From the IMG/VR virus record IMGVR_UViG_3300042891_000711, positions 154,903 to 218,902 of that record: a stretch of 64,000 bases of DNA; one strand, 5' to 3'. The position numbers and the translations under genes are program-made. The notes beneath the pieces were generated by a model. The model searched no databases and was not told the origin of the DNA. It saw nothing but the letters and a program-made list of their open reading frames with translations. This document shows positions 40,501 through 50,323 of this stretch, one piece after another (position 1 is the first letter of the stretch; each line of letters opens with the position of its first letter).

Positions 40501-40920
40501 TAGGCCAGATAAATTTATACCGTTGCTATCGTACACAGTTTCAGTTGTACTTACACTGTCAACTTTTAAGAATCCGCTTGCAGAGATATTACGTTTAGGA
40601 TTATATGAAATTAGTTTGGCCAATTTAAGAACACTATCACGACGTTGTGCAGTATCAATAAAGTTTTCACGTGCGTTTAAGTCGCCGCGGAATGCCAGGC
40701 TTTGACCTAAGAACGCAATCAAATCAATCAGTGCAATGAATTCACTTGATTCGATAAAGTCGTTAAAGTCTTCTGGGTAATATAAGCGTAAATAATCAAT
40801 CATTGACTTACGAAGTGTTTCGTAGTCATAGCTTTGAAAGTCCGCATTACGGAAGGTTTGATAGACTCTTGTCCAGTCTTCTGCAACTAATAAACCTGAT
40901 TGTCTTGTGGTAATAGCCAT
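37537..40920 (-). CDS. Baseplate wedge protein (T4 gp6-like)
   Basis: DFQSYDYETLRKSMIDYL, ENFIDTAQRRDSVLKLAKLISYNPKR, FGDG and QDRMVTGEDY. Confidence 0.85.
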   Translation of the reverse strand: MAITTRQSGLLVAEDWTRVYQTFRNADFQSYDYETLRKSMIDYLRLYYPEDFNDFIESSEFIALIDLIAFLGQSLAFRGDLNARENFIDTAQRRDSVLKLAKLISYNPKRNISASGFLKVDSVSTTETVYDSNGINLSGLVINWSDSANDNWYEQFTAVINAGLLSTQSIGKPSNTQLINGITTDEYQINLVPSIIATYSFTTNIEGTTTKFEMTSPTSAGKTFIYESAPRQNQPFNLLYRNDNLGNTSNNTGFFTYFKQGELKSLDFTFQESTPNRVYSVNVDNINNTDIWLYSLDAQGLPNALWTQVATVNNTNVIYNKSTNKSVFQVNTRASDQIDLVFGDGSFANIPQGNYRLYYRVSNGADYKITPDEMQGIVVPVNYISRTGRVETITIRASLRYTVANASSRETLDEIRQKAPQQYYTQDRMVTGEDYNILPYTLFSNILKVKAVNRTSSGISRYLDVIDTTGKYSSTNIFADDGVLYRDPFVSTFSFDYTTRNDIYKAIYNKVKPVASAQETLQFFYSKYPTITITNAYWNYSTTVANGSTGYFIDSNDTILQVGDVVSTNNKFIKQSSIIKFSAGTGNYFDARNTIQTGIPSKSGDKFYIYANVQQVIGDGTNGGTGNLANGSGPIILGEQVPNGAIAVAVYAVFDTDFSTALVDSIVGYVQAYEDFGLRYDIDTTSWKLILPGDLDTGEFNLGYAGNTSSTGLDASWLIRFKTVGQTYTVLYRGLNYVFESVKETNFYFDNTVKVFDPKTGFTVHDNIKILKVNSNPDDVNPLALDYTWYIYKNIIEVDGYENPSKILVTFSDLDTNGILDNPELFELIVSPDVNSNSKYVFFQSTYGYDNFVTQTLVSNTLVESTYETLVAAQADATLYTSGKLFYIAPENKFYQLTVTGAAYTLNEVFDYTAKVGRQDLYFQYRHNSPNYRRIDPSPNNIIDLYLLTKQYSTDYTAWIQDSTGTVGEPTAPTVDALSTEFSTLENYKNLTDTIIYNPAKFKPIFGAKAPTALQATFKVVKNASIIVSDNDVKTKVIDAINNYFDVANWDFGETFYFSELSAYLHSVLAPNISSITIVPSSESSTFGSLLQINANYNEIIVSAATVDNVQIISAITAAQINQTVLA

Positions 40921-40971
40921 ACTAATTCCCTGTTATAATGTATTTATTTAAGGAAAAAAGTACGTAGTTTA

Positions 40972-41349
40972 TTAGTTTGCAGTAAGTGTTCTGTTTTGAT
41001 TGTTGAATCTAAGATTCATTAGATTTGTTTGATTTGTCTGTAGATAGCGTAGTTCGAGTTCGATTTGAATACCTGTTTCATACTCAGTGACAATGACATT
41101 GTCAATAGAAACACGTGGATCATAGGCAGCAATTGCCTTGATGTCAGCTATAATAGCACTCTTAAGTTCGGGAGTAAATGGATCGTATAATACGTTCCAT
41201 ATAATAGTGCCAAAATTAGGATTCATCAGTTTCTCACCTTTGCGGATTTGAAAGTGATTGATTAAATCTTGTTTAATTAACTCAAAGTCAGTTAGACGAA
41301 ACTTTTTATTTCTGCCTACTGTTGAGAAACCTTTATATAAAATAGCCAT
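40972..41349 (-). CDS. Baseplate wedge subunit (T4 gp25-like)
   Basis: LIKQDLINHF.IRKGEKLMNPNFGT.IW..LYDP and YDPRV. Confidence 0.9.
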   Translation of the reverse strand: MAILYKGFSTVGRNKKFRLTDFELIKQDLINHFQIRKGEKLMNPNFGTIIWNVLYDPFTPELKSAIIADIKAIAAYDPRVSIDNVIVTEYETGIQIELELRYLQTNQTNLMNLRFNNQNRTLTAN

Positions 41350-41368
41350 AATAATATTTATCCTAGGG

Positions 41369-43507
41369 TTATGTGGATTTAATTGGTTGATCTAGTGTGG
41401 CCATTTTTGGTCCTAGTACTGCAACGGCATATTTGCCTTTGGCAAAATAATTATCGCCGGTAGTACCAAACGCATCTGTTTTACCACTGCCGCCGCGCCA
41501 TTGTTTAGCACCACCTGCGCCCAGTAAGTGACTTACTGCTAATAATCCCGCTACGTCTTCGAGAGGAGTATCTTTAGTCACAGTACCAATATTACATAAT
41601 GTTTTGTAGTTGCGTTTGGTATAAGCACACATCTCAGCTTCTTGTATAGCTGGACTGTTTAGAAATTTTTCTAAGCTATCAATGCCGTCTTTGCCAATCC
41701 AGTTATTTGGGTTACGTAACTGTGCATTACTACCGCAGGACATTTTAACATGTTTGGCATCCTGTAGTGCAGGATATCCAAATTGATATTTACCTACAAA
41801 CCCGATACTATTGATACATCGATATCCGCTCTCACCGTTTGCTTGTCCGCCTCGTCCGGGAGATCCGCTTTCGCTTTTACCTATAACTGCATAGTACGCT
41901 GTCATTTGTGCAGAAGTTAGGCCGCCAATTGAACAGTCAGTAGTAGGTTGATTTCGTAGATCAACTTCAGTGGCTGGATTTTTAACTCCTGTGCCAGTAG
42001 TGGTTTTAGTTGCATCAGTCTTACCTGTATATGTTTCAGCAGGTTGTTGTCCAATTGATTCTGCCGCTGCAAACGGCAATGGCGCACTTCGTCTATATGG
42101 TTCGTGCGTAGGAGCAACTGTGACTATCGAAGATAAACTACCGGTGCTGGTATATAAGCCAACTGTTGAATTAAGTACAACATCTGACAGATTATTGATT
42201 TGTATTTCTTTTGGCTTATTAACTGACTGTGCGCCGCCGCTGTTTTGTTTTATCAATTCACCGGTGTGAGCAATATCTCCGGCTGCCTTCATTGATATAC
42301 TTGCGGCGTCGATGTTAACAGGTGAATCACTTTGTAATCCTATAGTACCGCTCGCTCCGACAGTAACTACTCCAGTAGACAACATGTTAAAACTACCACA
42401 GTCAATTTGAAATTTACTGCCCGATTTCATGTTTATTTTATTAGCGGCATTAAGGTTTATATTATTGTCTGAATGTAAATTAATAGACCCTTCACTTCTT
42501 ACATTAAACCCATTATTTGTATAGATATTAATTGCACCGTCTTTAGTTAATTCAACCCAGCTTGTACCATCACTATGCGAGATATACAAAGTATTGTCAG
42601 TCGCAGTGTCATTCATCATTATCTGATGACCGCCAGCAGTACGCAATCTTACTAATTGATTTTCACCCGTTACAGCACCGTCATCCATGACAAACGTGTG
42701 GCCGCCTACACGAGTTGAAAAACGATAATCGTCTTCAGTTAAGGTTCCGGCTTTTACTTTGGCAAGATATGCTTCGCGATTGTTAGCCGGATCATCTGCA
42801 TATGGTCTGCCGGGTGTGCTAATACCAAAAACGTTACTCGGGCTTTCACGTTGACTACTACTGGTAATTGTACCGCGGGCAGTATCCCTATCTAACCCTT
42901 GTGTTTTTAGTATAGAATATTGTTGTTCATGTATTGGTTTAGGATTATCAATAAAGTTTGGATTTTTTCGAAGATTGGGGTCAATTTCATTATATTCAAC
43001 CACAGGAGCAGTGATTCCATTTTGATATGATTTTTTAGTATCAGCTGATGCACCCGATGTATCAATCTTATTACTGCTGGCCATACCCGGCATCATGTGT
43101 CTGCTGACATTTGAGTTAACACAGGCAATAAAATATCCGCGCAATGGATCGCCGGCAATGAATATCACAATTACTTCTACGCCAATATCAGGTGGCACCA
43201 TCCACATGCCATAGGTATGTGGCACATTTACAAACTTATTATCACTATTAGGTCTGTCTGCATATTTTGATGCAATATCAGTTGTGCCCATAAACGGGCT
43301 AGCATAGCTGACTGTACGCCAATTTCTTGATTCGTCGGGGTCACCACCTAAATCCGGAATCCATACCTGTAGTCGACCTGCACGTGTTGGGTCGAGATTG
43401 TTTTTAACAATACCAATGTATGGGTGCGGGTCAACTCTGGTGGCAGCCGCATCTTCTTTACGTAGATGTTTAACTACTTTACTACCAACTCTATGATCTA
43501 TTGCCAT
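41369..43507 (-). CDS. Baseplate central spike (gp5/VgrG-like) with C-terminal lysozyme-like domain
   Basis: OB-fold DPTRAGRLQVWIP..PPDIG.EV, beta-helix GHTFVMDD/RLRTAGGHQI, and C-terminal ES..Y..IN..G..GKYQFG. Confidence 0.8.
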   Translation of the reverse strand: MAIDHRVGSKVVKHLRKEDAAATRVDPHPYIGIVKNNLDPTRAGRLQVWIPDLGGDPDESRNWRTVSYASPFMGTTDIASKYADRPNSDNKFVNVPHTYGMWMVPPDIGVEVIVIFIAGDPLRGYFIACVNSNVSRHMMPGMASSNKIDTSGASADTKKSYQNGITAPVVEYNEIDPNLRKNPNFIDNPKPIHEQQYSILKTQGLDRDTARGTITSSSQRESPSNVFGISTPGRPYADDPANNREAYLAKVKAGTLTEDDYRFSTRVGGHTFVMDDGAVTGENQLVRLRTAGGHQIMMNDTATDNTLYISHSDGTSWVELTKDGAINIYTNNGFNVRSEGSINLHSDNNINLNAANKINMKSGSKFQIDCGSFNMLSTGVVTVGASGTIGLQSDSPVNIDAASISMKAAGDIAHTGELIKQNSGGAQSVNKPKEIQINNLSDVVLNSTVGLYTSTGSLSSIVTVAPTHEPYRRSAPLPFAAAESIGQQPAETYTGKTDATKTTTGTGVKNPATEVDLRNQPTTDCSIGGLTSAQMTAYYAVIGKSESGSPGRGGQANGESGYRCINSIGFVGKYQFGYPALQDAKHVKMSCGSNAQLRNPNNWIGKDGIDSLEKFLNSPAIQEAEMCAYTKRNYKTLCNIGTVTKDTPLEDVAGLLAVSHLLGAGGAKQWRGGSGKTDAFGTTGDNYFAKGKYAVAVLGPKMATLDQPIKST

Positions 43508-43529
43508 TTATTACTTTCCTTATTTTTGA

Positions 43530-46500
43530 TTAAACCGCTCTTGAATATGCATCTAATGCATTAACGTATGCAGTTTGTGCGGCTTTATTGGCTGCGTCCA
43601 ATGGCGCATATTTAGCTTGAGCAGTTGCTAACTGAGTTTCTGCTGCAGCCAAGGATTGTTGATTATTAGCAATTAATGGGTCAGCTTCAGCTTGTGTTAG
43701 TACTCCCCGTGCTACTCTGTCAGGGTATCTATCGAGGTTAGCACGTATGGTTTCAATTCTAGATTGAATTTGCATAACTGCATCTAACGCAGTATTTGCT
43801 GCAGATTGTGCTTGATCTCTTGCAGCTCTAGCTTGATCAGCTGTAGCCTTTAATGCTAATTTAGCATCACTCATTGGAGCTACACTCGGTGGAGGAACAG
43901 CAACCGGTTCTGTTTGTGTAGTAATTGCAGTTTCTGTTGCTGTTGCATCAACTTTAGCCAACTCTTTCTCTTCAGCAGTTTGTAGTGGAGCCACAGTGTC
44001 AGCAACTGGCGCACTACCGGGTGCTTTCTCGTCGCCTGTTGCTTTTACGGAAAAATCAGGACCAATATTAGCCTGAGCATCTACGTCAATTGATCTTGGT
44101 GCGGTTGCAACTATAGCTCTATTGCCTTTTTCTTCTTTGCCGGCTGTTGATGGTTCTAATGATGTTTGTCGTGGTAATCGAACTGCATCTAATACCTGCT
44201 CGAATTTCCCGCCCGAAAATGTACTTTCGACAGTTAAAACACGATACATTCCAGAAAATAAACTTACTGAGTGTTTAGAGTCGAACTTCATCATGCCAGT
44301 TGATTCGTCTATGTCGCTGGGACTTTTGACTGTGATCTGTATATAAAGTTCACCTTGATCCATACGTAGACTACCGTTGGCAATTAATCGAGGGTCTATC
44401 CCAGTGCCGTCAACTTGCTCTGTTATATTGGTCATCTCCGGTGCATAAAACACGTCATCTTGTTTAATATAGTGGGGGTCACCAATTATCTTTAGTTTTG
44501 TCTGCAACATATCGCCGCCGGCTGAGGTATACAGCGATGCTTCAATGTCTGCTAGAGCAATTGCTTCTACTGTCACTGCTCCACCAGTTGAATTTTGTTG
44601 CGAGTTATGAACAACTTGTTTCTCAACCATGGGCATTAATGCGTTGGCTTCCTGTGCAGCAGCATCGAGTTTTGCGTTTTTAGTTTCTGCTATTTGTAAA
44701 TTTTGTGTTTTAGATAAATTTTCTCGATAGGCTGTAGTAGCAGTATAATACAGTGCATTAAATTCTATTGTAAAATCAAGCACATCATTATTTTTTCCTG
44801 TATACCAATAGTTGTGTATTTTACAAGGCTCGGTCCATGTTCCTTGCGGGCCTTCGCGTGTTTTTGTATTATACACTGTGTAGGGTAAGATGTGATAGGT
44901 AACTTCTCTTGCCCAAGATTCACGTGCGTCATTGTATTTGCCTAACTTTATAGTCGGCACAACTTTATACCATTTTAGAGGTATATTAGCCTGTTCTTCA
45001 AGATATTTTTTGTATGCAACATCATCACCATTAAATGTTGACACTGGTCGTACTTGTCCTTGTAAATATTTGGTATGCCGCATGGCAAATGCAATAACCT
45101 GATCTATACTTGTACCCGCATTAATTGAAAGTACCCGAACACTATGGTCTAGATTTCCTGGAGTACCTCTAATAGACATACCATTTTCTTCGCTGGCCAT
45201 CGCAGTATGCGCTGTACTCAATGTCTCTACACTAAGATTAAACTGGCCACCATCATCCTTAAGAATATCTGGATGAATTATAAATTTATATTTGTCTGCT
45301 ATTTCTGTATTATCTCTAGCAGCCAAATCTGCATAATAAGCATCTAATGCTGCAGGATATGATTTTACTTTATATACTGCATCTTTACCTAGTATAACAT
45401 TAGTGGTTTGGTCGCTTACTAGCAAGGACGGGGCATAGGTTAATTGTCCATCTGGTCCTATTAGATTACCTGTACTTCCAGCTATAGTAGCCACTCCTCG
45501 GCCATTGGCTCCGGCAGTTGGCGCCGCACGTAGAATAGTTGGTCTCTCCCTACTTGCTTTTAACTGGGCTGCCATAATTTCTTCAGTGTTGCTTTTTAAA
45601 AAACTTTCTAATGTGCCGGCCGTGACTTCGATGAGTACCGGTGTACCAACAGTTGATAAATCGTAAGCTGAATGACTATACGGACAGGCTTCTATTTCAT
45701 ATTCGGCGCCTTTGGGCGAGGCTTTTATATCCAGTTTTAACAAACGTATAGGTATGCGTTTGGTTAGATCGGGAATAATTCCAACAATTTCGCCAGCGTC
45801 ATTTGTGCCAAAAAAATCAATCTGTAATAGATATGGCTGTGCTATATAATTAGGAGATTTAATCTCAGTGCTAAGATCAATGATTCGATTTAATAATGTA
45901 ACTCCGTAGGGTTCGATGATTGAAAATTTAAGATTTATTGCGTTGGTAGAACGTGAGCGATCATTCAATCCAATCACTGTGGTCATGTTAAGATTTTCAA
46001 AGTAAAAATCTTCAGCAAAGAATGGAGCACGTTTGAACATCGATGCCCCTTCGTCGTTATTGTATCTACCAGCACTGGCTATGATAACCCGATTTGATTT
46101 ATAATTTTTAACGTCAGCCACTATATCATTGTATTCGTCAACAGTCAACAATGCCAAACTTAATCCATATGTGTACGATGGATAAGCTAATAAAGGATTA
46201 GGTATTGGATCTTTTCTCTTTTTATTATTTGCTGTAGGTGCTTTTGCTGGTTCACCGCTGGTAACTTCAGATGCAGTTGATGTAGCATCAGCAACAGTGG
46301 CCGGCGAGTTATTTGCTATTCTTGCATCTTCAGTTTTTGAAACCACAGGCACTCTCGATAGTGCTTCGTTTTGCTGTGCTCTGAGTTTCTCAAATTCATT
46401 TTGGAATTGTGTTTGATTTATTTTTCCACTTTTTAAATCATTTGCTAGATTAACCTGATATTGCGTGTACTGCTGATTAATACGATCAGCTGAACCGGCT

Positions 46501-46688
46501 GCAGGTGGAGGAGTAGATGCTAGTTTATTTGCCGCAGTATCTTGAGTCGGTGCTTGTTCTTTTAATAATTGTGCATTTATTTTTGCGATTCCGGCTTGAA
46601 ATTGTGCCTGTGTTATAGTGCCGGCAGACAAATCATTTACTAATTTAAGTTGAGCTTGCTGAGCTAGTTCAGCTTTTGTAAGTGCCAT
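43530..46688 (-). CDS. Baseplate hub-like tail protein with low-complexity N- and C-terminal extensions
   Basis: PNPL..YPSYTY, IIEPYGVTLL, PYLLQIDFFG, YWYTGKNNDVLDF, IIGDPHYI and FSGMYRVLTVESTFSGGKFEQ; located between the gp53- and gp5-like genes. Confidence 0.6.
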   Translation of the reverse strand: MALTKAELAQQAQLKLVNDLSAGTITQAQFQAGIAKINAQLLKEQAPTQDTAANKLASTPPPAAGSADRINQQYTQYQVNLANDLKSGKINQTQFQNEFEKLRAQQNEALSRVPVVSKTEDARIANNSPATVADATSTASEVTSGEPAKAPTANNKKRKDPIPNPLLAYPSYTYGLSLALLTVDEYNDIVADVKNYKSNRVIIASAGRYNNDEGASMFKRAPFFAEDFYFENLNMTTVIGLNDRSRSTNAINLKFSIIEPYGVTLLNRIIDLSTEIKSPNYIAQPYLLQIDFFGTNDAGEIVGIIPDLTKRIPIRLLKLDIKASPKGAEYEIEACPYSHSAYDLSTVGTPVLIEVTAGTLESFLKSNTEEIMAAQLKASRERPTILRAAPTAGANGRGVATIAGSTGNLIGPDGQLTYAPSLLVSDQTTNVILGKDAVYKVKSYPAALDAYYADLAARDNTEIADKYKFIIHPDILKDDGGQFNLSVETLSTAHTAMASEENGMSIRGTPGNLDHSVRVLSINAGTSIDQVIAFAMRHTKYLQGQVRPVSTFNGDDVAYKKYLEEQANIPLKWYKVVPTIKLGKYNDARESWAREVTYHILPYTVYNTKTREGPQGTWTEPCKIHNYWYTGKNNDVLDFTIEFNALYYTATTAYRENLSKTQNLQIAETKNAKLDAAAQEANALMPMVEKQVVHNSQQNSTGGAVTVEAIALADIEASLYTSAGGDMLQTKLKIIGDPHYIKQDDVFYAPEMTNITEQVDGTGIDPRLIANGSLRMDQGELYIQITVKSPSDIDESTGMMKFDSKHSVSLFSGMYRVLTVESTFSGGKFEQVLDAVRLPRQTSLEPSTAGKEEKGNRAIVATAPRSIDVDAQANIGPDFSVKATGDEKAPGSAPVADTVAPLQTAEEKELAKVDATATETAITTQTEPVAVPPPSVAPMSDAKLALKATADQARAARDQAQSAANTALDAVMQIQSRIETIRANLDRYPDRVARGVLTQAEADPLIANNQQSLAAAETQLATAQAKYAPLDAANKAAQTAYVNALDAYSRAV

Positions 46689-46691
46689 TTA

Positions 46692-46997
46692 CTATAATCC
46701 CAATGCCGCAATGATTGTTTCTTTTTTAGGAATGAATATTGTTGTACCTGGTAAGAAATCAAATACTGGATCTTGTATAGTATTTGGATTACGCATAGCA
46801 AATACCCACCACAATGCACTATCTCCATATAAGTCATAGGCTAATAAATCTGGGCGATATTTGTAGGTTGCGGCAATTCTATATACTACATCAGCTGCTA
46901 GTGCCGGAATATCTCTAAACGTTGTAACATCTAAAAAGAATCCGTATGTTTCTGTTTTATTGTACGGACTTGTTTGACTGTATATGACTGCTGACAT
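46692..46997 (-). CDS. Baseplate wedge protein gp53-like (LysM-like)
   Basis: YRPDLLAYDLYGDSALWWVFAMRN...G..IFIP. Confidence 0.8.
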   Translation of the reverse strand: MSAVIYSQTSPYNKTETYGFFLDVTTFRDIPALAADVVYRIAATYKYRPDLLAYDLYGDSALWWVFAMRNPNTIQDPVFDFLPGTTIFIPKKETIIAALGL

Positions 46998-48232
46998 TAT
47001 AGGAATCCTCCTGTAGTTGCAGTTTGTATTAGTCTGCCCGCAGCAAATGAATCAAGATTAAAATTATCGTGTAGATTTTTGCGGCTGTATATTGGTTTAA
47101 GCGTGATCTGTATAGTGCTTACCGCCGGCACTCGTGTTGATGATGTTACTGTCTTGTAAGATGATACCATTGTTTCTGCTGTGGCTTTTTTACTGCCCCA
47201 TTGTGGCTGATATTTCATACCGTCATTATCCAGTGTGTTTACCACGCTCATTGGTGTTGTTGGTGCAGCCAATGATTCTGTTAAAGTTGTAGTTTCTACT
47301 GGTATTTGTATATAGTCTACTTCATTTGGCATAGTATGTGTAAAGTTAGTTATCACACATGGTACATGAGGGAAATAGTGACTACCATAGCCGTCTAAAA
47401 ATACCAGCGGCGGTGGGTTACCTGCATTTGCGCCTTGACCAAAAAACATTTTGGTAGCTGATCTAAAAAAGTAGATAGCTGCTAGTAAATATTTGCCTTC
47501 GTCAATGCCTTGTACTGTAAATTCACCGCCAATGGTAATGTCACTTACTTCACTGTTAGTGTAAAATTGTTGCGAGTAGTTGCTGTGTACTGGTGTAGTC
47601 GAGCTATAATTGGCCACATGCGATACTGTTATAGTTGGTGTATATGGAAATATAACTCCGTTTGTTTCTTTCAATGGAGCCATGAGATTATTTGGGTTTA
47701 CTCCACTGGCTTTGTAAAATATAGTTGCTTTATCAGCTAAACTTATACGTACTCGCCAATCATCATCCGATGCTCCTCCACCGGTATTTGCATCTTGTAT
47801 TGCAATTGATGGTTCATTTTTTGTGCCGGCTTCTGCTGCATTATCAGGTAATAAACTTCTTCTAGCATCTTCCGATTCATACGAAGCAACATCCTTCGAT
47901 GGGTCATAACCGCCGGTACCACTTTCTTCAATCTGGTCACCATAAAAGCCGCCTCTAAAATCAGCACCTTGATTATAATTTTCAGTTATAGCTGCACGGC
48001 CGCCAATTGAATCTGTTCCTGTTAAATAGGCACTAGGGTTGCTAGGATTATAGCCGCCGCCACTGCTTAGTGTCTGTTCACCATTATACCCGCCAGCAAA
48101 ACTAGGTGCATAAGCACCGGTGTAATTTTGCGGAGCATACGGGTCATATCCACCGTTAGTAGATTCAACTTGTCCCGGTACATATCCGCCTCTATTGTCG
48201 TATACGGGTGCATCTGTAGGATTTAGAGCCAT
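46997..48232 (-). CDS. Tail tube initiator / baseplate-tube junction-like protein with GGY-repeat N-terminus
   Basis: DWRVRIS, GVIFPYTPTI, FFRSATKMFFG, GNPPPLVFLDGYG and VPCVITNF; typical position upstream of the LysM gene. Confidence 0.6.
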   Translation of the reverse strand: MALNPTDAPVYDNRGGYVPGQVESTNGGYDPYAPQNYTGAYAPSFAGGYNGEQTLSSGGGYNPSNPSAYLTGTDSIGGRAAITENYNQGADFRGGFYGDQIEESGTGGYDPSKDVASYESEDARRSLLPDNAAEAGTKNEPSIAIQDANTGGGASDDDWRVRISLADKATIFYKASGVNPNNLMAPLKETNGVIFPYTPTITVSHVANYSSTTPVHSNYSQQFYTNSEVSDITIGGEFTVQGIDEGKYLLAAIYFFRSATKMFFGQGANAGNPPPLVFLDGYGSHYFPHVPCVITNFTHTMPNEVDYIQIPVETTTLTESLAAPTTPMSVVNTLDNDGMKYQPQWGSKKATAETMVSSYKTVTSSTRVPAVSTIQITLKPIYSRKNLHDNFNLDSFAAGRLIQTATTGGFL

Positions 48233-48255
48233 AATAAAACCTCTGTGTTATAGTG

Positions 48256-48263
48256 TATTTATT
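48256..48263 (-). promoter_or_regulatory. T4-type late promoter heading the tail/baseplate operon
   Basis: Minus strand AATAAATA-CACTATAAC, then GAGG SD and ATG 48232. Confidence 0.65.
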
Positions 48264-48306
48264 ACCGGAGAAATAGTAGCAGTTAAAGATTAACCGCATA
48301 AATAGG

Positions 48307-48336
48307 TTGTATAGTGCAATGCTATTATGTTATACT
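48307..48336 (+). promoter_or_regulatory. Sigma70-like promoter (extended -10) for gp55
   Basis: TTGTAT-N18-TATACT with TGn before the -10 box; AAAGGA SD before GTG 48358. Confidence 0.55.
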
Positions 48337-48357
48337 AATTAAAAGGAACCAAACACT

Positions 48358-49254
48358 GTGGCTCGTAAAATTAATTATCTCAACAACAAAGATATACTAA
48401 AAGAAATAGCAAAAAGTAAATTAGCATACTGTAGTTTCGTTAATAAAGAAGTAACTATATACGATGCTATTGTATCAAATGTAAGTGCAATAAACAAAAA
48501 ATCCGTGGCAGACGCAAGGGCAACACGTGCAACTAGACTAGCTAAAGAAGCACAAGAAGCCGAACTAGCATTAGGCAATAAACGCAAACTAGATGAATTT
48601 GCAATCCCTGTAGAAAATATTCCAGTCACTGACATTGTATTCCGTGTCATGACCTGGGAGCATATACCCATTGACGAAGTTAAACAGAAAAAATCTGACG
48701 CCAAGGCGCAAGAAGCCTACGATGAAGATTTATTCGAAACTGAGTATGATGAACCAGCAGTTAAGGTTAAAGGTGCTACCAAGTACGTTAAACTAAATTT
48801 TCCTCCATTCTTTCACTATTCAGTAACAGAAGAACTAACTCCGATTATTGTAGGCAAGAGTCACTGGAAAGGCGATTTAGAAACTGGCATTTTCAGTAGA
48901 GACCATGGGCAGATGACTCCAAAACTAGCGCACATGTTTGTTAAACTATGCGAACGTTATGCTACACGTAGCAACTGGCGTGGTTATACTTATAACGATG
49001 AAATGCGCAGTCAAGCATTGCTACAGTTAAGTCAAATTGGTCTACAATTTGATGAAAGCAAATCAGACAATCCCTTTGCCTATTACACAGCGGCTATCAC
49101 CAACAGCTTCACCCGTGTTCTTAACATTGAAAAGCGCAATCAAAACATCCGTGATGACATCTTGGAAATGAACAACTACGCACCTAGCTACACTCGTCAA
49201 AATCAAGGTGGCGGATCATGGGGTGGCGGTGGTGGACACGGTGCAGACGAGTAA
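48358..49254 (+). CDS. gp55: Late transcription sigma factor (T4 gp55-like)
   Basis: NYLNNKD, NWRGYTY.DEM and FDESKSDNPFAYYT...NSF.R.L..EK. Confidence 0.85.
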   Translation: MARKINYLNNKDILKEIAKSKLAYCSFVNKEVTIYDAIVSNVSAINKKSVADARATRATRLAKEAQEAELALGNKRKLDEFAIPVENIPVTDIVFRVMTWEHIPIDEVKQKKSDAKAQEAYDEDLFETEYDEPAVKVKGATKYVKLNFPPFFHYSVTEELTPIIVGKSHWKGDLETGIFSRDHGQMTPKLAHMFVKLCERYATRSNWRGYTYNDEMRSQALLQLSQIGLQFDESKSDNPFAYYTAAITNSFTRVLNIEKRNQNIRDDILEMNNYAPSYTRQNQGGGSWGGGGGHGADE

Positions 49255-49306
49255 TTTGGCTACATTCTATTAGACTTCACAGGGTTAAGTAGTATATACT
49301 AATTAT

Positions 49307-50323
49307 ATGGCAAATTTATTTAAAAAAGCGGCAGTTCTGACAGACATACATTTTGGCCTAAAGTCAAATAGTCAAACACACAACGACGATTGTTTAAACT
49401 TTGTTAAGTGGTTTATTAGCAAAGCTAAAGAAGAAGATTGTGATGTTTGCTTTATGTTAGGTGACTGGCATAACAACAGAGCGGCAATTAATATTATCAC
49501 GCTAAACTATAGCTTACAAGCTCTCGAGTTACTAGGCCGGGCGTTTGAGCGTGTTATATTCATACCGGGCAATCATGATTTATATTATCGTGATAAACGT
49601 GATATACAGTCAGCTGAGTGGGCTAGACATATTCCTAATATCGAAATCATCAATGATTTCTACCAAGAAGGTGATGTTAGTATTGTCCCGTGGTTAGTAG
49701 GTGACGATCATAAGAAAATACAAAAGATTAATGCCAAGTATATGTTTGGTCACTTTGAACTGCCGGGCTATTACATGAACGCAATGGTACAGATGCCAGA
49801 GCATGGCGAGATTAGACGTGAGGATTTTGGGCATATCGATCATGTCTACAGTGGGCACTTTCATAAACGTCAAACTGGTAAGAACATTACTTATGTTGGC
49901 AATGCATTCCCGCATAACTATGCCGACGCCGGCGACGATGAGCGTGGCATGATGATACTATCCTGGGGTGAAGAGCCGACATTTCATGCATGGCCCGATC
50001 AACCCAAGTATCGTGTATATACTTTAAGCGGTATTTTACAGAATCCAGATACTTTGTTACAAAAGGGTATGCACTGTCGTGTAAATATCGATGTAGATAT
50101 TTCATACGAAGAAGCAACCTTCATTAAAGAAACATTTGTGGGCACATATAATCTACGTGAACTTACTCTAATACCAGTCAAGCATACTGATGTCGGCACA
50201 GATATTATGTTAGGCAATATTCAATTTGAAAGTATTGATACCATTGTAACTAGTCAACTAACAGCTATTAACAGTGATCACTACAATCCAGCATTGTTAT
50301 TAGACATCTACAGGAATCTATGA
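49307..50323 (+). CDS. gp47: Recombination endonuclease subunit (gp47, Mre11/SbcD-like)
   Basis: DIHFG, GDWHNNR, GNHD, GHFE and SGHFH metallophosphoesterase motifs. Confidence 0.93.
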   Translation: MANLFKKAAVLTDIHFGLKSNSQTHNDDCLNFVKWFISKAKEEDCDVCFMLGDWHNNRAAINIITLNYSLQALELLGRAFERVIFIPGNHDLYYRDKRDIQSAEWARHIPNIEIINDFYQEGDVSIVPWLVGDDHKKIQKINAKYMFGHFELPGYYMNAMVQMPEHGEIRREDFGHIDHVYSGHFHKRQTGKNITYVGNAFPHNYADAGDDERGMMILSWGEEPTFHAWPDQPKYRVYTLSGILQNPDTLLQKGMHCRVNIDVDISYEEATFIKETFVGTYNLRELTLIPVKHTDVGTDIMLGNIQFESIDTIVTSQLTAINSDHYNPALLLDIYRNL

